DNA of 64,000 bases from assembly GCA_964523905.1 (NCBI GenBank), contig CAZFYQ010000001.1, forward strand, positions 40,718 to 104,717. Reading direction: 5' to 3'. Made by a program: the position numbers and the translations under genes. Positions 55,879 through 64,000 of the stretch are shown one piece after another (the stretch's first letter is position 1; the number at the start of each line of letters is the position of its first letter). The notes under the pieces are model-generated. The model was not told where the DNA came from. It saw only the letters and a list, made by a program, of their open reading frames with translations, and searched no databases. The DNA is from an uncultured Gammaproteobacteria bacterium (GTDB lineage: Bacteria > Patescibacteriota > Microgenomatia > Daviesbacterales > UBA10151).

Positions 55879-56304
55879 TTATTGGCTAGAAGGAGTGTTA
55901 TTGTTTCTCCCTAGAAACTTAGATGCGAGGTAAGTTAGATCAGAGGTTTCAGCTATTGCTGCGGTAGCAAAAAGAAGTCTCATTCCATGATTAAGTGTTT
56001 CTCCTGGGTTGCTGTCACCAACCCCCTTTAAGAATTGCATTGATTCTGGAGCAATAAAGCCACCAGCTATGCTGCCAATAATAACAGCCCCGGTAGCGAC
56101 ACTGGCGATAACAGCTGTTCTTCTTGATATTGGTGTTGCTGATTCGATAGGATAGGTATAGCCGGCGGCTCTCAGTTTTTGAATAGCTTCCTCGCGACCT
56201 AGCAGCTTTTTAGCAGGCGCATTTGCTGGTAGAGAAGGAAAGTTCTCGCTATTAGCCGCTTCCAAAGCTTCTTCTGGGCCTAGCTCTGTTTCAGTTCTGA
56301 TCAT
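55879..56304 (-). CDS. hypothetical membrane protein
   Basis: 141 aa, one or two TMs (TAVIASVATGAVIIGSIAGGFIAP). Confidence 0.45.
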   Translation of the reverse strand: MIRTETELGPEEALEAANSENFPSLPANAPAKKLLGREEAIQKLRAAGYTYPIESATPISRRTAVIASVATGAVIIGSIAGGFIAPESMQFLKGVGDSNPGETLNHGMRLLFATAAIAETSDLTYLASKFLGRNNNTPSSQ

Positions 56305-56328
56305 AAGTTACTCATTCTATCAGAACTA

Positions 56329-56357
56329 TTGAATTTATTCTAGGTTCACTGTACAAT
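56329..56357 (+). promoter_or_regulatory. promoter of the rpsF-ssb-rpsR operon (leaderless, GTG start)
   Basis: TTGAAT (56329-34), 17-nt spacer, TACAAT (56352-57); GTG at 56365. Confidence 0.5.
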
Positions 56358-56364
56358 AGCCCCT

Positions 56365-56643
56365 GTGAACGATTATTTACTGACTTTAGTTTTAAAACCA
56401 GACCTGGATGAAAAGGCTCGCAAAGAGCTGTTGGATGATGTGGAGAAAAGATTAAAATCCGAAGGTGGAAAATTCAAGGCTGATATGTGGGGAGAAAGAG
56501 AACTGGCTTATCCAATCAAAAAGCAAAATAAAGGCTATTTTGTGCACTTGGAAGTGACCACTGAGCCACAAGTGGCCCGTGCTATTGACAAAGATTTGAA
56601 AGTAGAAGACAATCTGCTCAGATATTTATTGGTAAGGAGATAG
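56365..56643 (+). CDS. rpsF: 30S ribosomal protein S6
   Basis: Y(E/L)LTLVLKPDLDE ... VHLEV pattern; 92 aa. Confidence 0.85.
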   Translation: MNDYLLTLVLKPDLDEKARKELLDDVEKRLKSEGGKFKADMWGERELAYPIKKQNKGYFVHLEVTTEPQVARAIDKDLKVEDNLLRYLLVRR

Positions 56644-56739
56644 GAATTTCAAATAAGTACCAATAAACCAATATCAAATGTTTGAATGGATTCCATTTCT
56701 TTCATTTGAAATTTGGCATTTGAAATTGGACATTCATAT

Positions 56740-57294
56740 ATGGCATCAAGATCTTGGAATAGAGTAGAACTAATTGGAAATCTGACCCGCGACCCCGAAC
56801 TTCGGTTTACCCCTAATGGCGCTGCTGTTTGTACTTTTGGACTAGCCACTAACCGCACTTATGTTTCTGAAGGTGAGAAAAAAGAAGAAGTCGATTTTCA
56901 TCGTTTAGTAGCCTGGAATAAGCTGGCAGAACTGTGTAATCAACTGCTTAAAAAAGGCACTAAAGCTTTTATTTCCGGCAGATTACAAACCCGTTCCTGG
57001 GAAGCTCAGGATGGTCAAACCCGTAATGTAACTGAGATTGTAATAGAAGATATGATTGTCTTAACTCCCAAAGCCGGTGGTAGTGATTATACTGCAGCTG
57101 CAACTGAGGCTTTTGGATTGGATGAAATGCCGGTTGTGGAATCTGTAGAGAAAAAGCATGTTGTTGAGGCACCAAAAGAGGCAGAGCCATCCGCCTCCGC
57201 TACTAAAGTAGCTTCGGCGGACAAGGAAAAAGCTGTAGAAGAAAAACCAGAAACCGCACCTCAAGAGGAAATAAAAGACGATCTACCATTCTAA
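56740..57294 (+). CDS. ssb: single-stranded DNA-binding protein
   Basis: OB fold (NRVELIGNLTRDPELRFTPNGAAVC), acidic tail ending DDLPF; ATG at 56740 preferred over the TTG at 56713. Confidence 0.9.
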   Translation: MASRSWNRVELIGNLTRDPELRFTPNGAAVCTFGLATNRTYVSEGEKKEEVDFHRLVAWNKLAELCNQLLKKGTKAFISGRLQTRSWEAQDGQTRNVTEIVIEDMIVLTPKAGGSDYTAAATEAFGLDEMPVVESVEKKHVVEAPKEAEPSASATKVASADKEKAVEEKPETAPQEEIKDDLPF

Positions 57295-57337
57295 CCTTGC
57301 TTTGAGACTCAATTTAAGATACAATTCCTAAAAGATT

Positions 57338-57679
57338 ATGCCAGAAAAAAAGATTACTAGAAAAATAATTACCAAAAGAGCCTCGACTAAAAAAGAGGTG
57401 GCTGCTCCTGCAGAACTTGCTCCTGAAGTAGTGGAAGAAAAAGCTGAAGTTAAATCAGCTCCCCGTGATGAGGTCAGAAAACGCTTCTGTCATTTTTGTA
57501 AAACCAATACAGTTCCATCATATACTGATATTGCTAATTTAAAACGATACCTGACAGAACGTGCCAAAATTCAACCAAAGCAAAGAAGCGGCGCTTGTGC
57601 TAAGCATCAGCGTGGTATTGCCAAGCAGATTAAATATGCTCGTCATTTAGGCCTCCTACCATTTGTCCCCAAAGTCTAA
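57338..57679 (+). CDS. rpsR: 30S ribosomal protein S18
   Basis: CHFCK...DYKNL-like core (RFCHFCKTN..YTDIANLKRYLTERAKI) with K-rich N-terminal extension. Confidence 0.85.
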   Translation: MPEKKITRKIITKRASTKKEVAAPAELAPEVVEEKAEVKSAPRDEVRKRFCHFCKTNTVPSYTDIANLKRYLTERAKIQPKQRSGACAKHQRGIAKQIKYARHLGLLPFVPKV

Positions 57680-57699
57680 AAGCTGTACACTAGATACAT

Positions 57700-58368
57700 A
57701 TGTCTGTTCAACTGCCTGGTCTGTTTGACAGTTTTGATCACTTAGACCTAATTGATATTAATAACCTGTCGGCCTGGCTTAAGCCCTCTCCTCAAGCAAT
57801 TCGTTTAGAAAACTATTTAGCCAACCGAATCTTATATCCCCAAATTTTACCGCTAACAGCTGAGGATATGAAAATTGATTTGGCGATTTTAAGAGAAGCT
57901 TTGCGCTTAAATCGACCACAGCCGACTGATGCATCTAATGGGATGTTAGGGGACAACCCTTTTTTAAATACCGCTCTTCGAAAGATTATTATTCCATCTC
58001 ATTTGCTGCGTTTTGTGCCAGATCTTGGTCAGCTGGCCTGGGCTTTTGTTGATGGATTACTAACTAATCGCAAAAAGAAGGATTATTTTGAAGATCTTTG
58101 GACAGTGGTGTTGGCTGATCAAACTGATGAGATTATTGGATCGGTAATAACTCCGGAGTTTAAAGATAAAGCGGATTATGTTGACATGAATATTTTAGGC
58201 CAAAACTTAAGGATTAAAGCTGGTACTTTAACCGTAATTCCCTGTAACAAAGATCGCTGTGAGATTGCCTACAAATTTTTAAATGGTCAGCTGCTTGGTA
58301 AAAAAGAATCAGCTTTACAAATTTATGGGGGAAGACTCGGTTTTATTGTTGATGGAAGGGGGATTTAA
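57700..58368 (+). CDS. hypothetical protein (222 aa)
   Basis: ORF packed between rpsR and the next ORF; no motif recognised. Confidence 0.5.
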   Translation: MSVQLPGLFDSFDHLDLIDINNLSAWLKPSPQAIRLENYLANRILYPQILPLTAEDMKIDLAILREALRLNRPQPTDASNGMLGDNPFLNTALRKIIIPSHLLRFVPDLGQLAWAFVDGLLTNRKKKDYFEDLWTVVLADQTDEIIGSVITPEFKDKADYVDMNILGQNLRIKAGTLTVIPCNKDRCEIAYKFLNGQLLGKKESALQIYGGRLGFIVDGRGI

Positions 58369-59511
58369 ATGAGTTTATTTGCACCGCGCAGGCTTAGAAT
58401 TGAAAAAGAGATTATTGTTCGTTTAACCAGAAGTTTAAAAGGTAGTGGCAAAATCATTGTTTCAGTGGGTCAGGAAGTAACACCAGCGGATATTTTGGGA
58501 ACTGCTTTTGTTTCGGCTGGTTTTCGCAATATTAATCTGGCGCAACTTTTGGAAGTAGGACCAGATACAGTTACAAAATACCTTAAACGCACAGTGGGCC
58601 AGCGAATTTATAAAGGTGAGCTGCTGGCTGAAAAAAGTGGTTTTCTACAAGGCAAAAGGCAGGTATTGGCACCAACAGATGGAATACTAGATTACCTGGA
58701 TCCAAAAAGCGGTGAGCTCCATCTGAAATTTTTACCAAAAAAAGAAGAATTACCTTCTGGGGTATTTGGTATTGTGGAGGCGGTAGATCCAAATCGGGGA
58801 CAAGTCTTAATCCGGACCCAAGTTAGTTTGGTCTATGGCATGTTTGGCACTGGCAGAATTAGAGATGGGGTACTGCATCTAATTACCAAGCGGGATGATT
58901 TTTTACAAAAAAAAGCCATTTCTGCGGAATCGGCAGACCATATTTTGGTGGCTGGCAGTTTAATTTTTAAAGAGGTAATTAGTAGTGCAATTTCTGCCGG
59001 AGTCAGTGGAATTATCACCGGCGGGATTAATGCCAAAGATTATCAAGGCATGTCTGGTGGCAGGATTAAGTTTCCTAAAAAAACCGAAAATGATGTGGGT
59101 ATTTCTATTGTAGTTTGTGAAGGCTTTGGCTCGATTCCAATCGGTTCTGATATTTATGAAACGCTCAGCGTTTTTAATGACCGTTTTATTTCGATTGATG
59201 GCAATAAAGGCTTAATCTATTTGCCGGCTTATCAGTCGCAAAGTCTAATTAAAATAAGAGCTACTCATCTTCCGCCAATACAGGAAACCACCAACATCCG
59301 TTATGTGGAAGATACTAACCTGGAGGATATAAATCTAGGTCAAATGGTGAGGATTATTGGTAATTCCTATCCAGGTGATCAGGGGAAAATTATTGCTATC
59401 GACCAGGCAGAAACACTGCTTCCTTCTGGTTTGAGGGCCTTTTTGGCAACAGTGGAGACTAAACGGTCTAGACTGAAAGTTCCAGTTGCCAATTTGGAAA
59501 TAATAATGTAA
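58369..59511 (+). CDS. hypothetical protein (380 aa)
   Basis: Start codon overlaps the upstream stop; no motif recognised. Confidence 0.5.
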   Translation: MSLFAPRRLRIEKEIIVRLTRSLKGSGKIIVSVGQEVTPADILGTAFVSAGFRNINLAQLLEVGPDTVTKYLKRTVGQRIYKGELLAEKSGFLQGKRQVLAPTDGILDYLDPKSGELHLKFLPKKEELPSGVFGIVEAVDPNRGQVLIRTQVSLVYGMFGTGRIRDGVLHLITKRDDFLQKKAISAESADHILVAGSLIFKEVISSAISAGVSGIITGGINAKDYQGMSGGRIKFPKKTENDVGISIVVCEGFGSIPIGSDIYETLSVFNDRFISIDGNKGLIYLPAYQSQSLIKIRATHLPPIQETTNIRYVEDTNLEDINLGQMVRIIGNSYPGDQGKIIAIDQAETLLPSGLRAFLATVETKRSRLKVPVANLEIIM

Positions 59512-59524
59512 TGTTAGTCATTAA

Positions 59525-60745
59525 ATGAATGAATTCTTCAAAAAAGTGGACATCCGGTTAGTACTGGTTGCTACACTAACTTTTTTCCTGGGTTGGCAGC
59601 TTGGCCAAAAAAATCTGCAAAATCAGGCCATTATTAACAGTCAAGTTCCAGCCGGAATTAATGTTAATTTTAAATTGTTTTGGGACACCTGGAATCTGCT
59701 TTCTACAACCTATTATGATAAATCTAAATTAGATCCACAAAAAATGTTTTACGGGGCAATTTCCGGAATGGTAGCCTCAATTGGCGATCCATACACAGTC
59801 TTTTTGCCACCGCAACAACAGAAAGCCACACAAGAAGAATTAAGCGGCAGTTTTGAAGGAGTTGGTCTGGAGCTTGGTTTTAATGAAGCAACTGGCTCAT
59901 CAGAACCAAGAGGCTTGGCTGTAATTTCACCTTTATCCGGAACTCCGGCAGAAAAAGCTGGTATTAAACCACAAGATTTAATTGTTAAAATTAATGACAA
60001 AGACGCCATTAATTTAAGCTTACCGGATGCGGTTAATTTAATCCGTGGACCAAAAGGCACGGCTGTTAGTTTAACCATTCTTCGACCAGGTGAAACTGAT
60101 ACCAGAGTTTTTAAATTGACCAGAGAAACCATTATTGTCAAAAGTGTGGAAGTGTCATATCGTCAAACTGATAATGGTAAAAATATTGCTTTAATTAAAT
60201 TGTCCAGATTTGGTGAGAGAACTGAAGATGAATGGAAACAAGCGGTTGATGATATTGTCACCAAAAACCCGGATGGCATAATTTTAGATGTTAGAAATAA
60301 TCCGGGTGGATATTTGGAAGCAGCAGTGTTTATTGGTTCAGAGTTTTTGGACGGCGGAAATGTGGTATTGCAACAAGATAATAAAGGTAATAAGACCCCG
60401 TTTAAAGTAAGCAGAGTAGGCAGAATATTAAAAACTCCGCTGGTGGTTTTAATTAATAAAGGTTCTGCATCAGCCTCAGAAATTGTAGCAGGAGCTTTGC
60501 AAGATCGCGGCAGAGCTAAACTAGTAGGTGAACAATCCTTTGGTAAAGGAACCATTCAGGAAGCGGAAGATTTAAGTTACGGCACTGGAATTCATATTAC
60601 AGTGGCTAAATGGTTAACCCCTAACGGACATTGGGTTAATGCCACACATGGTTTAACTCCGGATGTAGCGGTAGCTGCTGGTGAAAATGCTCAGGATAAA
60701 ACAGATGACCCGCAGTTAAACAAAGCTTTAGAGCTTTTGCAATAA
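59525..60745 (+). CDS. ctpA: carboxyl-terminal processing protease (S41 family, PDZ-containing)
   Basis: N-terminal TM, PDZ (GVGLELG..PAEKAGIKPQDLI), S41 Ser/Lys region (INKGSASASEIVAGAL). Confidence 0.85.
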   Translation: MNEFFKKVDIRLVLVATLTFFLGWQLGQKNLQNQAIINSQVPAGINVNFKLFWDTWNLLSTTYYDKSKLDPQKMFYGAISGMVASIGDPYTVFLPPQQQKATQEELSGSFEGVGLELGFNEATGSSEPRGLAVISPLSGTPAEKAGIKPQDLIVKINDKDAINLSLPDAVNLIRGPKGTAVSLTILRPGETDTRVFKLTRETIIVKSVEVSYRQTDNGKNIALIKLSRFGERTEDEWKQAVDDIVTKNPDGIILDVRNNPGGYLEAAVFIGSEFLDGGNVVLQQDNKGNKTPFKVSRVGRILKTPLVVLINKGSASASEIVAGALQDRGRAKLVGEQSFGKGTIQEAEDLSYGTGIHITVAKWLTPNGHWVNATHGLTPDVAVAAGENAQDKTDDPQLNKALELLQ

Positions 60746-60747
60746 TT

Positions 60748-61440
60748 TTAGAATTTGATTATTAGTATTCGTGGTAAGTGGGCTAAATCTTTTTTCACTT
60801 CTACTTTTGCCTTAGGGAAATATTTTTTGGCTTCATTTAATGCAATTTTTTCCTGGGATTCGTCAATTTCTCCCACAAATAATTTAGGGATTAAATTCTT
60901 TTCTATCATCTGGGCAAATAGTTTTCGGTATAAATCAAATCCATCCGGGCCGCCATCCAATGCAATTAATGGTTCAAAGTCCCGGACCGATGGATCAAGA
61001 AAAGAAATCCTACTGGAGGGAATATAGGGTAAATTAGTGACAATGATATCAGGGGCTGTTGCAAATTTTTCCAGTAAGTCACTGTTAACAAAGAAAATGC
61101 GGTTTTCAACATGATTTTTTTTGGCATTTTCTCTGGCAATATTTAAGGCTGCTGTAGAAATGTCTGCGGCGAATAATCTGGCTTTGGGGGCATTTTTGGC
61201 TATTGATATGGAAATACAGCCGCTTCCTGTTCCAAGATCCAGGATAGTAAGAGATTGTTTCGCTGCGCTCGCAATGACGTAGTCTACCAGTAACTCTGTT
61301 TCCGGCCGGGGAATTAAGACATCAGGAGTAACTTTGAATTTTAATTTGTAAAATTCGACCCAGCCTTGGATGTATTGATAAGGTGTATTTTCCGGAAATT
61401 CCTCACCCGGTCCTATTCTAATAACCGGACCATTTCTCAT
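60748..61440 (-). CDS. prmC: release factor glutamine N5-methyltransferase PrmC/HemK (short form)
   Basis: Motif [13 protein letters not shown] and catalytic IVTNLPYIP (NPPY variant); translationally coupled to prfA. Confidence 0.8.
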   Translation of the reverse strand: MRNGPVIRIGPGEEFPENTPYQYIQGWVEFYKLKFKVTPDVLIPRPETELLVDYVIASAAKQSLTILDLGTGSGCISISIAKNAPKARLFAADISTAALNIARENAKKNHVENRIFFVNSDLLEKFATAPDIIVTNLPYIPSSRISFLDPSVRDFEPLIALDGGPDGFDLYRKLFAQMIEKNLIPKLFVGEIDESQEKIALNEAKKYFPKAKVEVKKDLAHLPRILIIKF

Positions 61441-62381
61441 TCGGCAAAGGCATCCACAATTGACTCTATGTTGCCTTCTAAGATTTTTTCTAAGTTATGC
61501 CAGGATTTTTGTAATCTATGATCAGTGATTCTATTTTGTGGGAAATTGTAGGTGCGGATTTTTTCTGAGCGGTCTCCCATACCAACTTGTGCGGCTCTGG
61601 TATCAGAAATATTACCCACAGTTCTTTGCTGCTCGGCTTCCCAAAGTTTGGCCCGAAGCATTGACATGGCATTTTCCCGGTTTTGCAACTGTGAGCGTTC
61701 AGTTTGCATGGTGACCACAATTCCTGAAGGAATATGTTTAAGTCTTACCGCAGTTGAAACTTTATTCACATTTTGGCCTCCTGCACCGCCAGATCTAAAA
61801 GCTTCAAAGGTAATGTCAGCAGGATTGATGACAAATTCTTTTTCAGTGACCTGGGGTAACACTGCCACTGTGGCAGTGGAAGTATGAATTCTGCCAGAGG
61901 ACTCGGTTACTGGTACTCTTTGGACCCTGTGGACTCCGGATTCATGAGACAAAGCAGTGTATGCACCTTTTCCGGTTATCTTTATTACCACCTGTTTAAT
62001 CTGGCCAATACCGCCCTCAGAGCGATCCAGTTCTTCTATTTTCCATTTATTTTTTTCAGCAAACCTGGTGTACATTCTAAACAAATCTCCGGCAAATAAC
62101 CCGGCTTCATCACCACCGGCAGCGCTTCTGACTTCTAAAATAGCGACGTTAGGATTGATGCCTCCTGGGAGTCCATTGGACTCCCGTCCTTCGGACCCAT
62201 CCGAGGTGCTAGCTTGCATGGGAGTGGCGGCCGAGTTTTCCAAATCAGCTTTTTCCTGTTCCAGTCTTTGAATTTCAGCCATGGCTAAACCTTCCATTTC
62301 TGGATCAGAAAGTAGGGTTTTGTTTTCTTCGATCTTACGATCAATTTCTGCTATTTGCTGCTGTAAGTAATTATTATCCAT
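61437..62381 (-). CDS. prfA: peptide chain release factor 1
   Basis: GGQ motif ([12 protein letters not shown]) and RF1-type tripeptide region [17 protein letters not shown] (P-V-T). Confidence 0.85.
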   Translation of the reverse strand: MDNNYLQQQIAEIDRKIEENKTLLSDPEMEGLAMAEIQRLEQEKADLENSAATPMQASTSDGSEGRESNGLPGGINPNVAILEVRSAAGGDEAGLFAGDLFRMYTRFAEKNKWKIEELDRSEGGIGQIKQVVIKITGKGAYTALSHESGVHRVQRVPVTESSGRIHTSTATVAVLPQVTEKEFVINPADITFEAFRSGGAGGQNVNKVSTAVRLKHIPSGIVVTMQTERSQLQNRENAMSMLRAKLWEAEQQRTVGNISDTRAAQVGMGDRSEKIRTYNFPQNRITDHRLQKSWHNLEKILEGNIESIVDAFAE

Positions 62382-62420
62382 AAGTAAATTATAGCTTGTC
62401 GTAGTGACAAAGGGGAGTAT

Positions 62421-62744
62421 CTAAGAAACGTTTTTGCGGGCTTGCATTAGCAAGTCTTTTAAAGAAGGACGTTCTTTTTTGCGTTCGTCCATTTTGGCTT
62501 TTTTATTAGCCATAATTCTTTGCTGTTCAGCTTGTTTGGATTTGGAAATTTCCATTTTCTTAACAAAACGGTCTACCTGGCCTAAAGTATCAACAAATTT
62601 CTGGGTTCCAGTATAAAACGGGTGACAAGCGCTGCAGATTTCCACTTTAATAGCCGGTATAGTAGAACCAGTAGTAAAAGTGGTTCCACAAGCACAGCTT
62701 ACTTTAGCTTCGGCAAACCACTCAGGATGTATACTTGCTTTCAT
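62421..62744 (-). CDS. rpmE: 50S ribosomal protein L31 with K-rich C-terminal extension
   Basis: [24 protein letters not shown] Zn-ribbon L31 signature. Confidence 0.85.
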   Translation of the reverse strand: MKASIHPEWFAEAKVSCACGTTFTTGSTIPAIKVEICSACHPFYTGTQKFVDTLGQVDRFVKKMEISKSKQAEQQRIMANKKAKMDERKKERPSLKDLLMQARKNVS

Positions 62745-62786
62745 GATTTAGCTATTATACCAGGCTTGAAGCTGGTTAACAAGTCG

Positions 62787-63725
62787 TCAGACGCGGTGGG
62801 CTTTATGATGCCGACGGTGAATTACTTTGGTTAAGGTGCCTAGGAATACTCCAATGATTATTAAAAATGTGCCTAGTAAAAAAGATGTGGAAATAATTTC
62901 ACCTAAAACTAATACAGCCAAAAAACTGGCAACAAACGGTTCCACATATTGAAATAAATCAGCTGAGGCAATGGTGCTTCTGGCCAGTCCCCATTCAAAT
63001 AAGAAGTAAGCAGAAATAGAAGAAAGCAGTGTCATATAAGTCAGTCCTAGCAAGCCTAAAATAGTAATCTGGCTGGCCCAGCCGGGATTATTTAAATATT
63101 CAATGCCAGCCGGGATCAACATAGCAATTGTGCCTACCATAAAAGCAATGGCAGTTACTGTTAAAGAAGGATATTTACCCAACAGTTTCTTGGAAATCAC
63201 CGCCCCCACTACCCAGGCAATAGAGGACAGTACTATCAAAATATTTCCCAGTAGAATCTGCGGGGAAATCGTGCCGGTAAAAAACTGTGGCAAACCAATT
63301 AAAACAGCAGCCCCTAGAAAACTGGCGATCACACCGATGATATTAACCAGATAAATCTTTTCCTTAAAATAAATCCAGCCAATTAACACTGAAATAATCG
63401 GGATGATTAAAGTGAGAACCGAGGCATCAATGGCCGTGGTACGTTTAATTCCTTCAAAGAAAAAAGCAATGTTTAAAGTAATAATAAATACTCCAACAGC
63501 AACCAGGGAAGGTAAGTCCTTTTTGTCAATCTTTACACTTTTAGTTTGAGCTAGGAAAAAGGGGGATAAGAACAAAGAGGCTAGAGCAAAACGGAGCAAA
63601 GCCAAACTCATTGGAGGAAATTCCTGTAAAGTCACCTTAGCCACCACAAAATTAGCTCCCCATATGACATGAGCCAAAATTAGCGCAATATAAGGCCAGG
63701 GCTTTTTCCAAATCTGTGACGCCAC
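62787..63725 (-). CDS. DMT-superfamily (EamA-like) transporter
   Basis: Ten TMs arranged as two EamA repeats. Confidence 0.75.
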   Translation of the reverse strand: MASQIWKKPWPYIALILAHVIWGANFVVAKVTLQEFPPMSLALLRFALASLFLSPFFLAQTKSVKIDKKDLPSLVAVGVFIITLNIAFFFEGIKRTTAIDASVLTLIIPIISVLIGWIYFKEKIYLVNIIGVIASFLGAAVLIGLPQFFTGTISPQILLGNILIVLSSIAWVVGAVISKKLLGKYPSLTVTAIAFMVGTIAMLIPAGIEYLNNPGWASQITILGLLGLTYMTLLSSISAYFLFEWGLARSTIASADLFQYVEPFVASFLAVLVLGEIISTSFLLGTFLIIIGVFLGTLTKVIHRRHHKAHRV

Positions 63726-63742
63726 ATAATAATTGTAGAATA

Positions 63743-64000
63743 TTAACTAACTGAAGTCGAGGAGGGGGCAAGAGCTTTTCCTGCAAAGCTGGAACGAGAA
63801 GCGTCTAGTAATCCGGAAGAGGCGGGAAAAGAATCCTTCCAATCAACAGCAAAACGATGAGCAGTTCTACGACCAGCAAGATAATCTGCAAAATCCCATT
63901 CAGGTAAGCTGACTCGCAAGCGAGTAGAATCATCAACATGTCTAAACGCCGATCGAATCTCAATTACAAAAGGTTTATGTTGATCTGTTTTCCTAAATGT
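63743..64000 (-). CDS. partial CDS (3' end only), possibly a TrmB-like SAM methyltransferase C-terminus
   Basis: Open frame on the minus strand running off the window edge; hand translation ends ...AHRFAVDWKDSF.. (TrmB-like hh-A-T-D-W motif) then TAA at 63743-45. Hand-translated, low certainty. Confidence 0.3.
   Translation of the reverse strand, partial: TFRKTDQHKPFVIEIRSAFRHVDDSTRLRVSLPEWDFADYLAGRRTAHRFAVDWKDSFPASSGLLDASRSSFAGKALAPSSTSVS

Noticed and set aside
1-64000. Search for CRISPR arrays, rRNA, tRNA or tmRNA
   Set aside because: No series of evenly spaced direct repeats, no rRNA-like conserved blocks, and no T-loop (GTTCGAATC-like) plus acceptor-stem arrangements were seen. The non-coding stretches are accounted for by promoters, terminators and the two structured RNA candidates.

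Overview
Low-GC (~38-40%), gene-dense bacterial DNA, about 85 ORFs on both strands; no rRNA, tRNA or CRISPR array was found. The gene content suggests a reduced-genome Gram-positive-type or CPR/Patescibacteria-like lineage, but this is an inference with no taxonomy available. Supporting signs are leaderless promoters, TTG/GTG starts, 4-8 bp gene overlaps, a sortase with an LPXTG substrate, a 1700-aa surface protein, and a minimal gpmA-eno-ppsA glycolytic block. Housekeeping loci are uppP, msrA, ychF, rpsF-ssb-rpsR, ctpA, prmC-prfA, rpmE and a bacterial TopIB. There are several transporters: ABC-2 exporter, HlyD/MacB/FtsX efflux, CDF, EamA and two atypical P1B-type ATPases. There are two two-component systems and a HigB/HigA-like TA pair. 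Points of interest: (1) a poly-G(8) tract interrupts the signal peptide of an LPXTG ice-binding-like surface protein that sits next to its sortase; this may be a phase-variation switch. (2) An operon encodes a 1700-aa secreted multidomain protein with glycoside-hydrolase-like, possible M23-like and PKD-like regions and a twice-repeated C-terminal module, flanked by small surface proteins. (3) A module of flavinylated FMN-binding protein, ApbE and a membrane FNR-like oxidoreductase sits beside a two-component system. (4) An island of small DUF proteins (31.2-37.4 kb) holds a candidate sRNA with its own promoter and terminator. (5) A structured RNA element lies at 50.1-50.26 kb. (6) A compositionally distinct gene pair includes a Rossmann-reductase/acyltransferase fusion. 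All calls rest on reading the ORF translations and motifs by eye; no database searches were run.
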